Of a DNA stretch of 64,000 bases, positions 42,701 through 57,700 are shown piece by piece. The translations under genes and the position numbers were made by a program. Origin of the DNA: Tubulanus polymorphus (lineage: Eukaryota; Animalia; Nemertea); NCBI RefSeq assembly GCF_964204645.1, contig NC_134025.1, forward strand, positions 25,896,299 through 25,960,298, written 5' to 3'. Under the pieces are notes generated by a model. The model saw only the letters and a program-made list of their open reading frames with translations, ran no database searches and was not told the origin of the DNA. Each line of letters starts with the position of its first letter. The first letter of the stretch is position 1.

Positions 42701-45700
42701 TAATCTATCCTACCGGTATAATACTAGTAGGGAGTTGGGGCCACGCATGAAAATCTGATAAAACATCGAAAGGTGCAAATTGCCGGTTAAGATTTGCTCA
42801 GCAGTAGGTTTCGCCGGAACTCATGCGCTGTTTTTTTATATATGGAATAAAAAGTCGATTTCTAGTCACTGGGTTTGTGTCGGTATACCATGGACATGCT
42901 TGCACAAGAAAGGTTTATAAACCAGTAAGCATTTTGAAAGGGTCGCTCTGTAAACTCCGGTTCTTGTTAATAAATTACACATTTTTGGCTGATGTTAACT
43001 TACAAATTGGTGTAACGATCATTCTATAACTGTTGGCTGGAGGAAGATTCATGTTATGTTTTAACTTGCCGAATAATACGCTAACACGTCCTATCGCGGG
43101 ATATCATAATTCAGTCATCAGGATTTCGTGTGTATACAACAGGAAACTAATCATTTCAATGATTTGTGTTATCATCAGTCCATGATAAACATATTTATAT
43201 TTGGCGCAGATTTTTCAATAATTCATTGATAGATGAGGATCCTCTGGTCGGTGAGGAATTGTTTATAATAAATTTAGTCTAAACCCACCACGGACCCCCA
43301 TTTCTGGATTATTTCAACTATATTTCGTGAAAATTTAAGAAAGCTATGTCGATGAAGAGAGCTTTTCGGTATTGTCACCCATATATTATCATCTACCACC
43401 CGGCATGCTGTCGGCCAAAGTGTAGGCCAATGCAGCGGTCCCCCTTTGTTGGCATACGTTCTAGCTCTACCATACCGGAATAGTTACAGAAAGTTGTGTT
43501 TCTGTTGTTGATCACGGCAGTTGTATCAGTATTTTGTCAACACCTCTAAAACTGGATGAGAAGTTATAGCACCGATAACCGATCTCTGAATGAAGCAGGT
43601 GCATCCGTACCACAACTCAGGATCTACATTATAATGCGATGTAATGCACTCGATTTTACGCGTAGCAAATTTGTACCCGATCACTGTCAATCCGGGCGGG
43701 CAAATAAGTTATTATGAAAATGATAATTAAAAGACTGATATATTTGAGAGAAAAACCGAAGCATTCGTTGCCCTTAGAAATATCTATAATTCATGAAAAC
43801 ATGTTTAGGTGTTGCTTATTCTAATCTATTTCATATTATTGCTGAATGCTGAATTATGATCTCGATTGTTTAATGATTCTAACGATACAATTTGCGTGGC
43901 TTCGTTTAACACTGTTTCGCATGAAGTATGCGTCATGGTGGTTACAGTCAAACTGCAGAAATCCTTTCAACTATCTATACGTGAATTATTAACCAAGATG
44001 AGGTTTATACTTGTCATCTGATCAGACGAGATTTTCTTGTACATTGCGTTTCACATTCCCCATTTTTTTCTAAATTCGGGATGGGAGCGAGATCGGCAAC
44101 AAAGAACTGCAGAATCCGTAACTATTGGTTACTAAAGGATGCGTAAAACACGATACATTTCCTTGTGGTCAAGCTTATCTAAGCTTAACCTACATTTATT
44201 GAAGAAAAGCTTACTGCAACAGAATATGTGAATACATATTCGAAGTTTTTTTGGTGAAGTTTTGATTGAGTGGTGTATTGTAGACTTTTAAGAATGAGTT
44301 TACCAGATCTGAAATCAGAAACAAGCCGGTCTCCTGTCTCATTTTTAGGCTTTTCATTAATCAAGTCTCCAGCATACGATCACAGACGTTGTTGAAGCTG
44401 CGGAACTCTTCCACCTCCTACTGATTTCTTTTGACTACCCCACGCTGTTTCTTACGAGTTTTCTCTGTCTGAATTATTTTATAGTCGAATAGGCAACGTT
44501 TTAACCGCCACCGGAAAATATTTGAAATGCGATCTTCGGCTCTAATTAATGACGGTAAAGTCGGTGGGTATCTATTGAAAACATGTCTCGAGTTATACAA
44601 AATACCCTGTACTATAGCGAGGATAATCTTCATCTATTAATAGCGATAATTAATACGTCATTTTTTCCAAGAAAAATAATTGTTATTTGAGATGTTGTTT
44701 GGAAATCTAGAACTTAGAAAATTAGCAGTTTTGTTTGGAAATCTGAAATAATCGTTAGAAATGCGATTGTGTATTGAAGACGTGCTATGCAATAGCCCAC
44801 GCGACACAAGCGTCAGTAATCAAAAAACGCGAGTTTGCCTAAAAAAACGCGAGTTTGCCTATACATGATATATACACTTAGGCAAATTGTATTAGATTAT
44901 GTCGTACTATTGTACCTTTTTGATGCAAAGTTGTATGTAGTTGTAAGCAAAACAACAGGTATGCCACGCTACATCGAAAGGGAACCTCAATATTATGCTA
45001 GAACTATACTTTGGCAATTCATATTTATCTAGACATTTATGTCAATATCTGTACATGTTGGCGGATGCCAAGATACTTTCGATGGAGCATGGTCTTGGTA
45101 TTTTTGTGTCACGAGGTTTTGGGTAAAGTTTCCCGAGGGCCAGGTACATTATATTGTTTACATGATTATCGTATCTTGCGATGCCTAATTTTTTTATTGA
45201 AATATCGATAACGTTTCATCAAATATACACAACATACTCTATTTTTCGCCTTAGAGAATGTGACCTCAAGAATACCTGCGGAAAATAAGAATTTACATGC
45301 ATATGCATAACTGTATAATCTTAGATCACCATTTAGATCGTATATCAGGCGCAAAGCATGAGGAAATATACGAATATACCAGAAATTTGTTCCAAAAATT
45401 TATTCTTTTTATTTTTCAACTCGGTTGTTATTTTGGCAACAATCGTCTGTTGTGCTGTAACGTATTACGTGTGTTATTGGATGATGTGGAGATGTGATGA
45501 TGGCCTATTGAGTATTTACCTCAAAATACCCGTGCCTTCTCCACCGGGTTAGTGATATCACCACCTCTACGAATAGACAACTATCTTGCGCACATGGATT
45601 TAAACACGTTAACCGTGAAACCTTACCTAGAACTGAGAGTCATAAGATTCCCGTAGGTTTTCGAAATGTTCAAGTCTCTCGTGGTTTTCCAAAGTTAAGG

Positions 45701-48700
45701 ATCATCGTCGGGTCTTCAGCATATTCTAAAATTTATTTCTATTCGTCCGTACATATATCGGTTTCTTCTTTTCTTTCATTGACAGTCGTGTTGTAATGAG
45801 ATCTATGATGATGAAAAATAACTTAATACATGTATATATTTATCACAAGAAACAAGGATAAGCTGTTGTAAGTCAATTTCATATACCATAACCAGCCGTC
45901 TTCCTCTCTCAAGATAATAGAAGTTCAAAAGCTTCACGCGAATGCCAGACATTTATTTCTGTAAATTTCACTGAAAAAACCTCAGACGTGGGATATCATA
46001 TCCTCTGTAAAATGAAAGATCTCGTATATCAGATTTGTCAGGCGGGAATTAATTTGAGATAAAGTAAATGGATAAACAGCGGTATATCTTGGACACCGAT
46101 CTTTATTATAGTCTCTATAAAACAACTGCAGACGGTATCATATGACTGGGAAAATTAAAATAGGTATCTGAAAACCGGCGTTTTTATCATTCAACCCTTA
46201 TCCACAGTCCAGTTTTCCAGTTAACGTATTTCTCTTGCATCATGATGGCTTGATAAAATACGTTAAAGATGATTGAAAAAAAAACCGGAACGAAAATGTG
46301 ATTAGGAGTACTAACTCCACTAATAAAATCCTCTCATTTATTCATGTATCAGAATTATGACCCCGACTAGCGGTGGATAACTCGTTAGTGAGAATAAGAC
46401 CTTTTATTCTGCATATATGTTGATCGCAATTTCGGTCAGATTTCAGGGAATTCTACAATTTCCTGAGAAATCTTCAATTCGAATCTTTCTTCTCCGTATA
46501 TTTCCACTCGTCAAACATAAACTACAAGAGAAGCCGACATACATGGTGGCCCGACGGCATATCAGTGGATTCGTGCAGTTCTACGTTTTATCTCCGTTTG
46601 GATAACACATTTCTGAGTGGTGAATTAATTTTAGTTATCGTGCCCATAATACTGATTTATTCTTACTCCCTTCTACTAGAGTAGAGTATTATTGTAGCTG
46701 CAGTGTTGGATATCTTTTAAGATATGATACCGCATTTCATTTTCTGAGAGGCTTTTTGGTCGAAGGTTTGGAAAAATTCCCACAAACTGATGCAGGGCAG
46801 AATGCATCGAGATTAGGGTTAGTACGTATAATGTCAAATTGCTAAATGAAGAATTCTATCTGAATCTCCATCGATTTCTCTCATAAAATAAATACAGAAG
46901 GTTTTTTATGAAGAAAAATTATGTTTGGAATGTTCATTGTTCTATCAGTCGAAAACTCCTGAATACAAAGGAAAGAGATTTTCAATCATATCATTGAAGT
47001 TAATTTCATACTTAGAATTGTTTCTGGTTCGGTGGGAAATCGACGTTTTTTACTAGCGATAGTATAGTAGAGTATAGTATATTGTGTACGTCATCATTTT
47101 GGCATAGATCAATCATTTGTCAGAAGGATTAAAGGTTCTACATGTAATGGCTTATATTACCGTTTCAGATCAGCCCCCCATACCTGTCGGTAAATACGAA
47201 GTGTCTCGAACTGTTTTTGATATGAAACATTCGCTAGAATTTATCTCAACGTAAAAAGCTTAGAAAGGGACGAAATGTGTGAGTTGTCTAATCTACGAAA
47301 TAAAGATGTATATATACGATACGATAAAGTTTTTCACACGTATATACGTATACTGTTTTTAACACGACAATATATGCATATACTATATCGGTGCCTCGAC
47401 ATCTGCGCTTTCACAGTTGAGGAACCTGGAAATGTTGTAATCAAAATATAAATTCTACCACAATTTGTTACAGATGAGCAATAAAGATAAAGTTTATCAT
47501 TTGTAGTTGTAAAGACATATAATTTGAGAATGACGTCACCAAACGACCACGTGAGTCGTGAAGTCACCGATCAGCTATCACATCCGAGCATACCTCCACA
47601 GATATTTATTTTCAAAATTTGATATTGAGTTCCGCGTATCTTTGATTTGCTCGAAACCTTTGTCACAAGTTCACTAATACTGGGCGGTTTTGAAAGCCTG
47701 ATACGAAGCGCTTCTTAAGTGCGGTGATGTTTGATGCGTTTTATCGGTTCTTTACTCGGAATGACTTCAGTTTACCCGAAGTAACGTAATTAACTAACTG
47801 AATTTGTAATGCACAGAGTTGTAATTAAATTAACTTTGGTCTACCTTCATCATCGGGGGCCATTTATTGCGCATTGACTAATTAACAGAGAAAACGGCTG
47901 GCGTAAAAATTCATGAAAATGCTAGTAACGTATCGATTAGAACACTCCTTTACTGGCCTTCCGATATTAATTTGTCGCTTTTTTCGAATACGTTCTTATA
48001 ATTGTGTTCTTAACGTGAAGATAGCATTGACAAAGATCATTTCGCATTGTTTGGGAGGCGTTGCGTCTTCCATCTCTCGAAATATCGTCTCACTTTCCAG
48101 ATGTGTAGGATTGCAGTTTTTTAGGATTGTTGAATACGCTCCCTCCTGTCTCCCACTCGATAATGAATTCTTAACATTTCATTCATAATTCATTTAGTAA
48201 GAACATATTTATAAATGATAACCACCTATCCCGTGGGTGGTGACCAATTTAAAGCCTTTGCTATCTATTGTTCTTCTTGGAAACGGGATCAAAAATTCCA
48301 TGAATAATATAACGAGGGTTGTTATTTACATTATGCGATGCATCTGCAAAAGTTTTTGACATTTCCTTTCGTTCGTCTCGGTGAATGGAATGGTAGGGAA
48401 TTATTTAATCTGACGTAGGACAGTAATTCTATATTTTGGTAACTGTTCGGGGGATGTCTATTCAATCCATCATTTTTATGAGTTGTTGCGGTTGTTCACC
48501 TATTGACCATCTCCGGATTGGAATAGAGCCGTTTCTACTGACGCGTGTCTGTCTAAGAAAACAAGTAGCTCAATTAATCTTAAGCCTGTTCTGATAAACT
48601 GCTAGGTATCAGGTGCAACTAATATTGCGTTGTCTTCTCCAATGTCAGTCTTGTCTTCAAGTCATGCAAGTTACCTGGAAAATGTATAGTAAACAACGAA

Positions 48701-51700
48701 ATAGTTCACAAGTTTTGGAATTTCCGCTGTTAAAAATGTTCTTTCTCACGTTGAAAGATCTTCGTAGTAATCAGAAGAAGTAGAAATCTTTGAGTAATAA
48801 GGCCTATACAGTCGGGCATACTCCGAGCTCTTACGAAAATGATTTGCAGTCAAAGGCTTTAAGAGAGTAAAGAATGTTTTATTCCTCGGTTCATTTTTTC
48901 GTGGTCCAGACATAGACAGATAAATCTTTGTATTTACCCGGTTGTTTCAATAGGTTTTTACTTCTCAAACACCTGTGTCAATTTCCTTTAACCATTCAAT
49001 CACAAATATCTACGCAACATAAATGTTGTTTCATGTACTTTTATCTTTTATGTCGCGCAAGTAATTAATATAAATTATCGACAAAAATATCGTCGGGCGT
49101 TTATTCCACGTCTTTTTCACCACCCTTAGGGCCCATCTTGGTAATCTTTGGGTAAACAGTATTAGCACAGGTTCGCCAAGCAAACGTAAAGCCTGTTTAC
49201 GCTTTCATAAACATATCATTTGAGCTGTATTTTGTCGGGTATTGCTTGACTAATTTCTCAGTGGTTTGTCTATTGTGATGGCAGCCCGCGTTCATTACCA
49301 TTTGTAATTAACTGTAGGATTCTCATGTGACAACTTGCTTTCTCATTTTCTTGGGTCGATGAGTCGGTAGTGACTGCGCGGCGTTACTCGGCAACTCGGA
49401 CCAGGTATCGCGACGGGCGCTGGTAGAAGCGACCGTGGTGATATTTATCTCAGTGTTCACTATCTTCATCACACAATCAAATCAGTCACAATCTAATCAC
49501 TGCCTGTTGTCTGAAGGATGAGCGAGCTCACATCTCCTCATTCTCTTTAGTTATGCATCACACATCCATATCAATTTCTCTCTCATCAGTTCAGTTCAAA
49601 AATACAACTTTTCTGTCTCACTGAATATCGGATACTCTACATGTACCGACTTTTGATAAATCAGAAAATCATACCATTTATTTGTGCCATTGTTTAGGAT
49701 ATAAAACAGAACTATTATTAATCATGATTGTTCAACTCTCTCGACCTTGCATGAAAATTTCAAAATACACAATAGAATTTCATATCCATCAAAGATACAT
49801 AATGTTTATTACTTCCGATTTGATGGATGTTTTGGCGTATGAGAGTGAAGTGGTCTCGTCTGTGGATGGTATTCAAGTGTCTCGTTAAGTGATTCAATCA
49901 TTTGGCTTAAGTGTGTAATCGCTCAGGTTGAATCATGTCACTGCAACGACACTGATTCTGTCAGCTAGGCTCGTACCCTCGGGCCTCGTACAACACCCCC
50001 TAGCAATGTACACGACGTAACATGTGATTAGCGATACCAGTCTCTTTCACGTCGCTACGTGTTCCATAAAGGTGAAAAATATCCAACTCAATCGAATGGT
50101 TCATCGCGCCAATGGCAGTGTGCAATTATATTATCATGGTTCATAAGCCCATTAGTGACTCTTCCTGAGAATAAGCCTCTCTCGCTAATATTCTTACAGC
50201 GACTGATATTTTGGTTAGAGCTGACAAGATGATGGTTCGCATTGTTAATAGATTAAACTATGGATGTCGCATTGTATTTCCTTTGCACCAAATAATCACG
50301 TCGAATATAGATTCAACAAGTCTTTACTATACCATATAAATGGTATGAATTAGAGGAGAAAACTGGTGATAAAAGCTGGTAGTCATCTTATCCCATTTGA
50401 ATATATTTTCATATGCTTCTTTCTAATTTCAGGACGATGCTTGTTTCAAGAATTGTCGAAAAAATCTGGAAAAAGATTGGATGAAACGTTGTGTAAGTAA
50501 TATAAAAGCGGACGAAATCGTTTTTAGTTGAGATCACTGCGGAGGGAACACCCTGATCTTATAAACTGGTGCAGGTCTGCATTCTCTTCAGGTTTACAGC
50601 TCACTTGAGACCTTTTGTTAGTTTCAACCAGGCAAACTCTACTTTCTAATTCTTGTTGTAACAACTTGATAGCGCAACACGATGTTAAAGTTGTAGAAGA
50701 TGCCGCATTGCTGTTAAGATTAGTGATACTAACGTATGCCAAACCACGAAAACTGTCATGTTACCAGAGCTCTCTGAATTATCGTACTTATTCTGATAAG
50801 CCCTATACGTTCACTCATCATCATTGACCCTATCTTTAATTCCTTTTTCACATGACGCCATTTTATGCTCGCGTGTTTAATGCACATATATTTTTGCATT
50901 ATTCCTATAAAATTGGATGAAATCAGAAAATAAGAGAGAAGCCGTAAGAAGGTTTGAGAATCTTAAATCAGTGCCATCCTTTTTTCTTAAAGTATCTCTT
51001 TAAGAAACTCTTACGCTATTCTTCCTTTCACAGAGATTTACACTAATAAAAAAGCGACAAAAACTCGAAAACCGCTAATGCATATTGTATACTGCTTATT
51101 ATACGTTTTTTTTCCATCTATTTGTTTTTCATGGAAATCTGACTGTTTTTCTTCTTGAAGTTGATGATAGCACATCCCCGCTGAGGAAGCCTTACCGCCA
51201 TCTTACCTGTATAAATCTTACTCAGGAATTTGATGCATTTAACTGAATAAAAATCCCGCAATTGATAAGTCTAGGGAGATAAAACAGACAATATTAGTCT
51301 ATTTAAACATTCCACCTGGTATAATTATTTTCAAAAGGAATCATTTTAGATGGTAGAATCATAGAGAGATCGGGTTATGTCTCAGTGTAGAATTAACTTA
51401 TCGAAAGTTTATCAGACGTTTGAACCTTTGTTAGCCGTTATTCAAATCCAAAGTGAATCTGTATGTTTGATTACAGCTCTGTTTCAAGTGAAGTTACGTT
51501 GAAGTTAAAATAAAAAATCGACAGCAGTATACAACTGATCAGCCACAGATGAACTAATGAGTGACAAGTATTTTCTTTCCTTGCCTCAGTCGACTTCAGA
51601 ATAAATGTAGAAGTCTGCGAAAGATATTATTGTTGTTAATCTATTTTGCCCAATTTTTCTGAACTAACTATAACCGTATCTATGATGGGGATTTCTAAAA

Positions 51701-54700
51701 AAACGAACTACACGGAGATATTTTGAATTTCGGAGCCGGCCCGGTATTTCAATGAGCGTTTGAACGCATTGGGTTTCTAAAATTTAGATAGATACTTCTG
51801 GTTTGTACAACCATTTTTGTAAATCAAGGTAGACACTATGCTTAGAACATTTATGCAGAAATCATTTTTTGGTACAGGATAATTTTTCCGAATCATCGAA
51901 TATTTCTGTCAAAACGTATTATCCCAATCAGAATGTGACGTGGATTTTGGCTCAAAGTGTTCGCTGAGGAATGCCAATGTTCATCAGAATGAAATCAATC
52001 AAGTAGTGCACAACAAAATGATGATTAAATGTTGTGTGTGGAGTTTACCACTCCCGTAACTGTGGTAAACTAAGACAATTCTTTATGTAAATGAAGGCAG
52101 TGACTGACACGAAGGCCATTCCAGGGTTATATTGCCAATACTGCCAAGTATCCCGGCTTCCTTGTGGCTATTCGGGTTAGAATAATATCCGGAAGTGTCC
52201 GTTATCCGTGCATGCTGGGTCGCAGAGAATATCTGCGAAGAATGATTTACAAAAAGCAAAGACTTTAAATCCCATTAATTATGTACCTTATGTATTACAT
52301 TAATACCAGCAGTTGAAAGTTATGTGTACTTAGAAAACCCGAAACCTTACCGGGATAAAACTCTGATACCTATGATATTCGAGATTTGTAAGCGTATATT
52401 CGGGGAGGGGGTTTATTTTGTACATACAACATTAACAAATGAAATTTCACTATTTTTCCGATTCCAAAAAGTAAGGATGCAATAGACCGTCGATGTGCCA
52501 CGTGAGTGACGTATTCGTATGAGTATCTCAGTGAGTAATTAACCTAAAGGTTAATTTCTCATTAATTAGATCAGTGCGAACAGCTTTGGAGCTGATTGGA
52601 TTAAAGTTATAGATTTTACGACGACGAGCCCATCCTTCCCACTACTAATGACATAAGACTAAAAGTCATTCTACTAATTAAATGCCAATTTCTTTAAATT
52701 TGGTCTGAGACAAGCAGCCGTTGTCTTCGTTTCTGTATCCAATATGCAGTTCTAAATGATATCTAAGTATTGAATATTTTTCATTTTCAGGAAACTAAAG
52801 ATTGCATTGAAAGCTGTAACTTTACAATAAAAGATCCAGGTACATATGTGATATCATACTTTACTTAATACTTTTTTATAAAACATTTTTGTGTCAAAGA
52901 TAAATGTCGAAAAACCCGAATATATTCCTTATTATCAAAAATACATGAAGAGGTATTTTTGCTGTTATTGATATGGAATACAGCTGGAAGATTTGAGTGG
53001 AGATAAATCTATCCAAAGTTTTTCGCGTATGGCTCCATGCTTTATCTCGCTTCTCCCTGCATGTCGTGTGAAATAATATCTACGTATTATGATCTTATCT
53101 CACTCATTGATTAATGTTGCGATGATATTCTAGAACGTTGAGATTCTCAGTATCGGAGATTGCGTTGAAGTAAAAGAATATCAAACCGTCATCAAAATAT
53201 AGATTTAAATCTATTCTGAATACAACAATATATATACATATACATTGATTTTGAATATTCTCTTTCAAAGTTTACTCCGTTTGAATTCTCTTCTCGCATT
53301 TGGAAATGATTAATTTTCACATGCCTCACTTTGGCTTGGTTCCGAGTCAAACGCAGTAGGATATTATTTTAGTGTTTGATTTCGACGATACCTGAAAAGA
53401 GTAGTACGAGTTGTGAGTCACCTATATCGAGGGTGTCTAAAAATCTAAGTAGCTACTATTTATATTAGGCAACCCTCTTGCGGATAAAACAATACAAACA
53501 ACCCGGCAACGCTGATAATACGATTGTCTCAAGAGAACTCGGAGTTCATCGTGTGTTCATATGACCAGGTCACCTCGTCCTTTCTTTGGTTGTTTCGGAT
53601 GCATTTAACGTAACGATTAAAACGCCTGTAAAAACTTGTTTCAATGATTTATCTATCATTCCCACAGGGAGAGCTCCAAAATCCCCGTATGGCCTCAAAG
53701 TTATAAAAGACGCACATGGAGATGCCGAACTGACTTTCAACGTCGATAATACGCACCAAGACTACATAATGTACATTATAGAGAAGTTACCATCACAGAA
53801 AAAGTTATATTATGCTTTTCATTTGGTAAGTTTTGTGTAAAAGTGTGAAATAGTAATCGTTTCATATCATGATGTACGCAGCGTGTTTGGCACGATGCAA
53901 TGATGACGTATTCTTGCACTCGTGCTTCGATCTGGTGGTAACTGATAACACTATTCCGCGGAAAAATTATCTCAAAATGTAAAAGATTTATTTTCTCAAT
54001 TCTAGCCTATTGGTACGTACAAAATGAACTTCCCGATACACGGTTGTAAAGAGAGTAGTTTACGCTTAATGGCCGTCACTCGCTATGGTTATTCCAATTT
54101 TTCGGAAGCTTGGATAGGTAACAATAAAATCCAAATCAATGGCAAATTAATCTCTAATTTATCTATGATAACAACTATATATGCTATATATTGGTTTAAA
54201 TCTAATTTAGGTCATTTTGATCCAGTGAGACCCGGTCCTATTACAAATGTTCAAATAAAACAACCGGAATATCTAGATTATGATTTTAAAGTAGAGGTGA
54301 CTTGGGATCTACCAAAAGGTAATCATTCTAATATCGTTACATTAGGTGATGTCAATTCAATTGGTTGTAAATCTTTTGCTGACGTATTTCTAAATATTCT
54401 TGAATAACTTTAGGCTGGAAGTACAAGGACATATCAAAACCGCTTGTGAAGTTCAACACCGAATTTTGCTCGCTTTCTCCGTGGCTTCCAAACCCAATTG
54501 TCGAAATAAAAGAGGTTGGTACAATCTTACATATTTCCAAGTGAACAAACATTTCTAATCGTAGACATCATCTTTGAAGACTTTTGCCTCTATTTTCTTC
54601 TTTATCTCCCCTAATGATTACGAATGAGTTCTACTTTTCTTTCTATGATTTTTCAGCGAACTAGAAAGCCAATGATGGTTTTAAGTCTGAAGGGTCTTTA

Positions 54701-57700
54701 CTGCTCTTACACCGGAGAGGTAAAGGTCAAACAAAACCCGATCTTCATTTCTTCCTCTACGATGAATGTCCATAAAATCTATCTTTTTTAGATTCGTCTT
54801 CTTTCGAAATGTGGAAAAGTCGGAGAACCATATAAGTTTGTCATCAATTTCACAGGTATTTGAAACTGAAATTTAGAAAAAAAACTATTCACAAGCTCTG
54901 TGGTGTTTTATTAGTTTCGCTTATTTTTGAAATCGCTACCTGATTAAATTCCAATTCTAGATTGTGAAGAAAAATACCCAAACTTGGGCTGCCCATCGAA
55001 ACCTCCTTGTAAGTACTCAAATTACAACAAAATATACTTTTATTTGATGTTCTTCAAAATGATTTCTTTCTTTCACATCTCTTATTGTTTGTCTATTAGT
55101 TACCGCTGATGGCATAACGAGAGGAAAGGCCATTCCGTTGAATCACATAGAGTTTGGCCTATATGAGCTGAGGTGGGATCCTCCAGATAACCTTGGAAAT
55201 AATCAGCTTGCCTATTACGTCGTTGATTGGGGAAAAATAGAAGTATCAAACATCGTAAAAATAATTTCCATCGTTTCTCCGTCGGAAGGAAAGGTGAAAT
55301 TAAGTGGGGTAAGTAACAATTAGCGAGGAACACTCAATGAAATTTAAACCTGAAATTTTTAGAAATTTCGAATATTCATTATTCATTGCATATATATTTA
55401 TTTTTCAAATTCAGAATGTCACAAGTTTTAGAGTGAAGGTGAAAGAACCATGGGAAAAATATGGATTTAGAGTAAGTTTCAGCTTCTCTGCCAGTTTCAG
55501 TGAAATATAAGAGAAGTGCACATTTCTTTTTTTCTTTCCGCATCAAATCCTAATTTCATTGAAACAGAAAATACGCGGCTGAAAATTCTGTATATATACA
55601 TACACTGTAAAGACGTCATTTGAATGTGATACGTCTATCTAAAGATTTGCTTCTATCTTTCAAGGTTGGACCGATAGAAACTGAAAAAAGATATAATTCA
55701 CTTACTGGCATGGGTCTGTTCATGTTACACCGGTTTCCACCTCCAGATGATGAAATAGGTATGGTATTACTGACTGGGGACACTCAAGTTTCAGTCAGAG
55801 CGATGAACTTTAAATCGACACACTTTTGCACCGCGCTGAAATACTTATCATATCATATCATATCATATCATATCATATCATATCATATCATATCATTATC
55901 TACCATCAAAGAAGGCCATAGGCCTATATACAGACTGTCTCTAAATTTTGTCATTTAATGCCCTTTGTGAAGAAGGTACTTGACGCACCTCTTTTAAATT
56001 GTTGTTCATCAGGGTGCTGTGCTGCCACAAAAGTCATATTCTGTCTGTTGTATATGTATGGTTTTGTCTAAAAGTATCTACAAGAAATTTTCCTCTCTTT
56101 GAAAAATATCAATGCTTTCTATATCCGTTTTTGCGCACTTCTAAGTTTCCCTGGTTGTTCTGTGGTGTGTGTGGCAGCGCCAGGGCTGCAGATTCAGACC
56201 CTTCGGCTGGGAGCCGCTCGATGTTCCACTTGTAATGAAGTCAATCCACTTATCATCTGATGTAACGTCTGGTGGATACCTGACATTTCTCAAAATTTAC
56301 TTAATGTCTGGCATTTTAGTACCTATTCCCAGTCAATTGGCATTGATATTACCTTCAGCAGCTTACATAATTGTCATCAATCTTACTTTCGGGAAAGGGA
56401 AAAAGCAATGTTTTCGAAAATGTTGATAAAAGGTTCACCCATAATAATCAGTATATAATTATGTAGATTCATCTATCCAGGATATTTGTAAATTAAAATC
56501 ATAATAATATTTAATGCAGGCCATAGAATAATTGTTGTTGAACTTGTTTCACTTCTTCAGTTGAAGCCTGGAATTACGTGAATAGCACTGGGGTTGAAGA
56601 AGGCGTATCGGTTTTCAGAGCTACGAAAGATCGGTGGCTTAGTATACGTATGTCCGGTAATAAAACAATAAGTGGCCGTTTTCAAACTGGAAATCGCACT
56701 TACTATTATAAACCGGATAATGGACGGCCACTGGGTAAGATACATTCATTTCATGTCCACTTTATTCGAGAACATTGAAAAATACAGAGCTTGGAGAATA
56801 AGAATGTTATATAAGATAACGTACTCGACAATGAGTGTCGTGTAACGTATCATTCAAAAACACACATACATAATTTTTCTCTGTTTCTTGTTTCTACTTG
56901 GATTCTTCACGTAGGCTTAATCATATTTTAGATTATATACGATACATCTTTTCCAGCCCACCACATGTCGTTACCTCAAAATCTCGCCATTTACATAGCT
57001 GTACCGGCAGTACTGTTGCTGTTGACACTATCCGCTGTGGTTTACGGCATTCGGCAGAGACAGAAATTTTCACATTTGGAACATCACCAAAGCATCGGAG
57101 ACGCGGAAAGTTATAATCTGTATAATTCAGTGAGACCACACGACGATAGGTATGATTCCCTATTAAAAATTCAGACCACATCTAGAAGTTGAATTACTTG
57201 AAATAAATAATTCCCTTACTGTTTTAGCCCACCACCCACGCCGTCGAGGATTGTGGACAAATGGGAAATCCACCCACGTCATCTGTTTTTTGGTGATGTG
57301 CTGGGAACTGGAGCGTTTGGACAAGTTTATCAAGCGATGTTAAAACTGTATCCGGAAGTAGCTGAACGCAGTGATACCATACCATTATTTGCTCAGGAAT
57401 GGGACCATGACACAATTGAAATGATCGTTGCCGTAAAACAGTTAAAAGGTACGCTTTTAACTAAACGTGGAAATTATTTGGTTGGATTATCTCATTCCTA
57501 AATTCCCCGAATGAAAAATATATATTCCTGTCTGTATTCGTGGGGCAAACGGAGAGGCACTTTCACTGGCGAAGACTCCGCTCGAGTCGGATCTTTGAGG
57601 ACCATAAAATGTGTCCGACTTGTGTCGAGTGATATCCGAGCCAACGCTATGTATTTCTTAAATCGTGTCATAACGAATATTTCAAGAAATATCCGAGTTG

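Noticed and set aside
44822-44861. 20-bp direct repeat AAAAAACGCGAGTTTGCCTA x2
   Set aside because: Simple local tandem duplication without spacers; not CRISPR-like.
50524-50742. 72-aa antisense ORF in RTK intron 2
   Set aside because: No ATG start, no partner exon and no recognisable domain.
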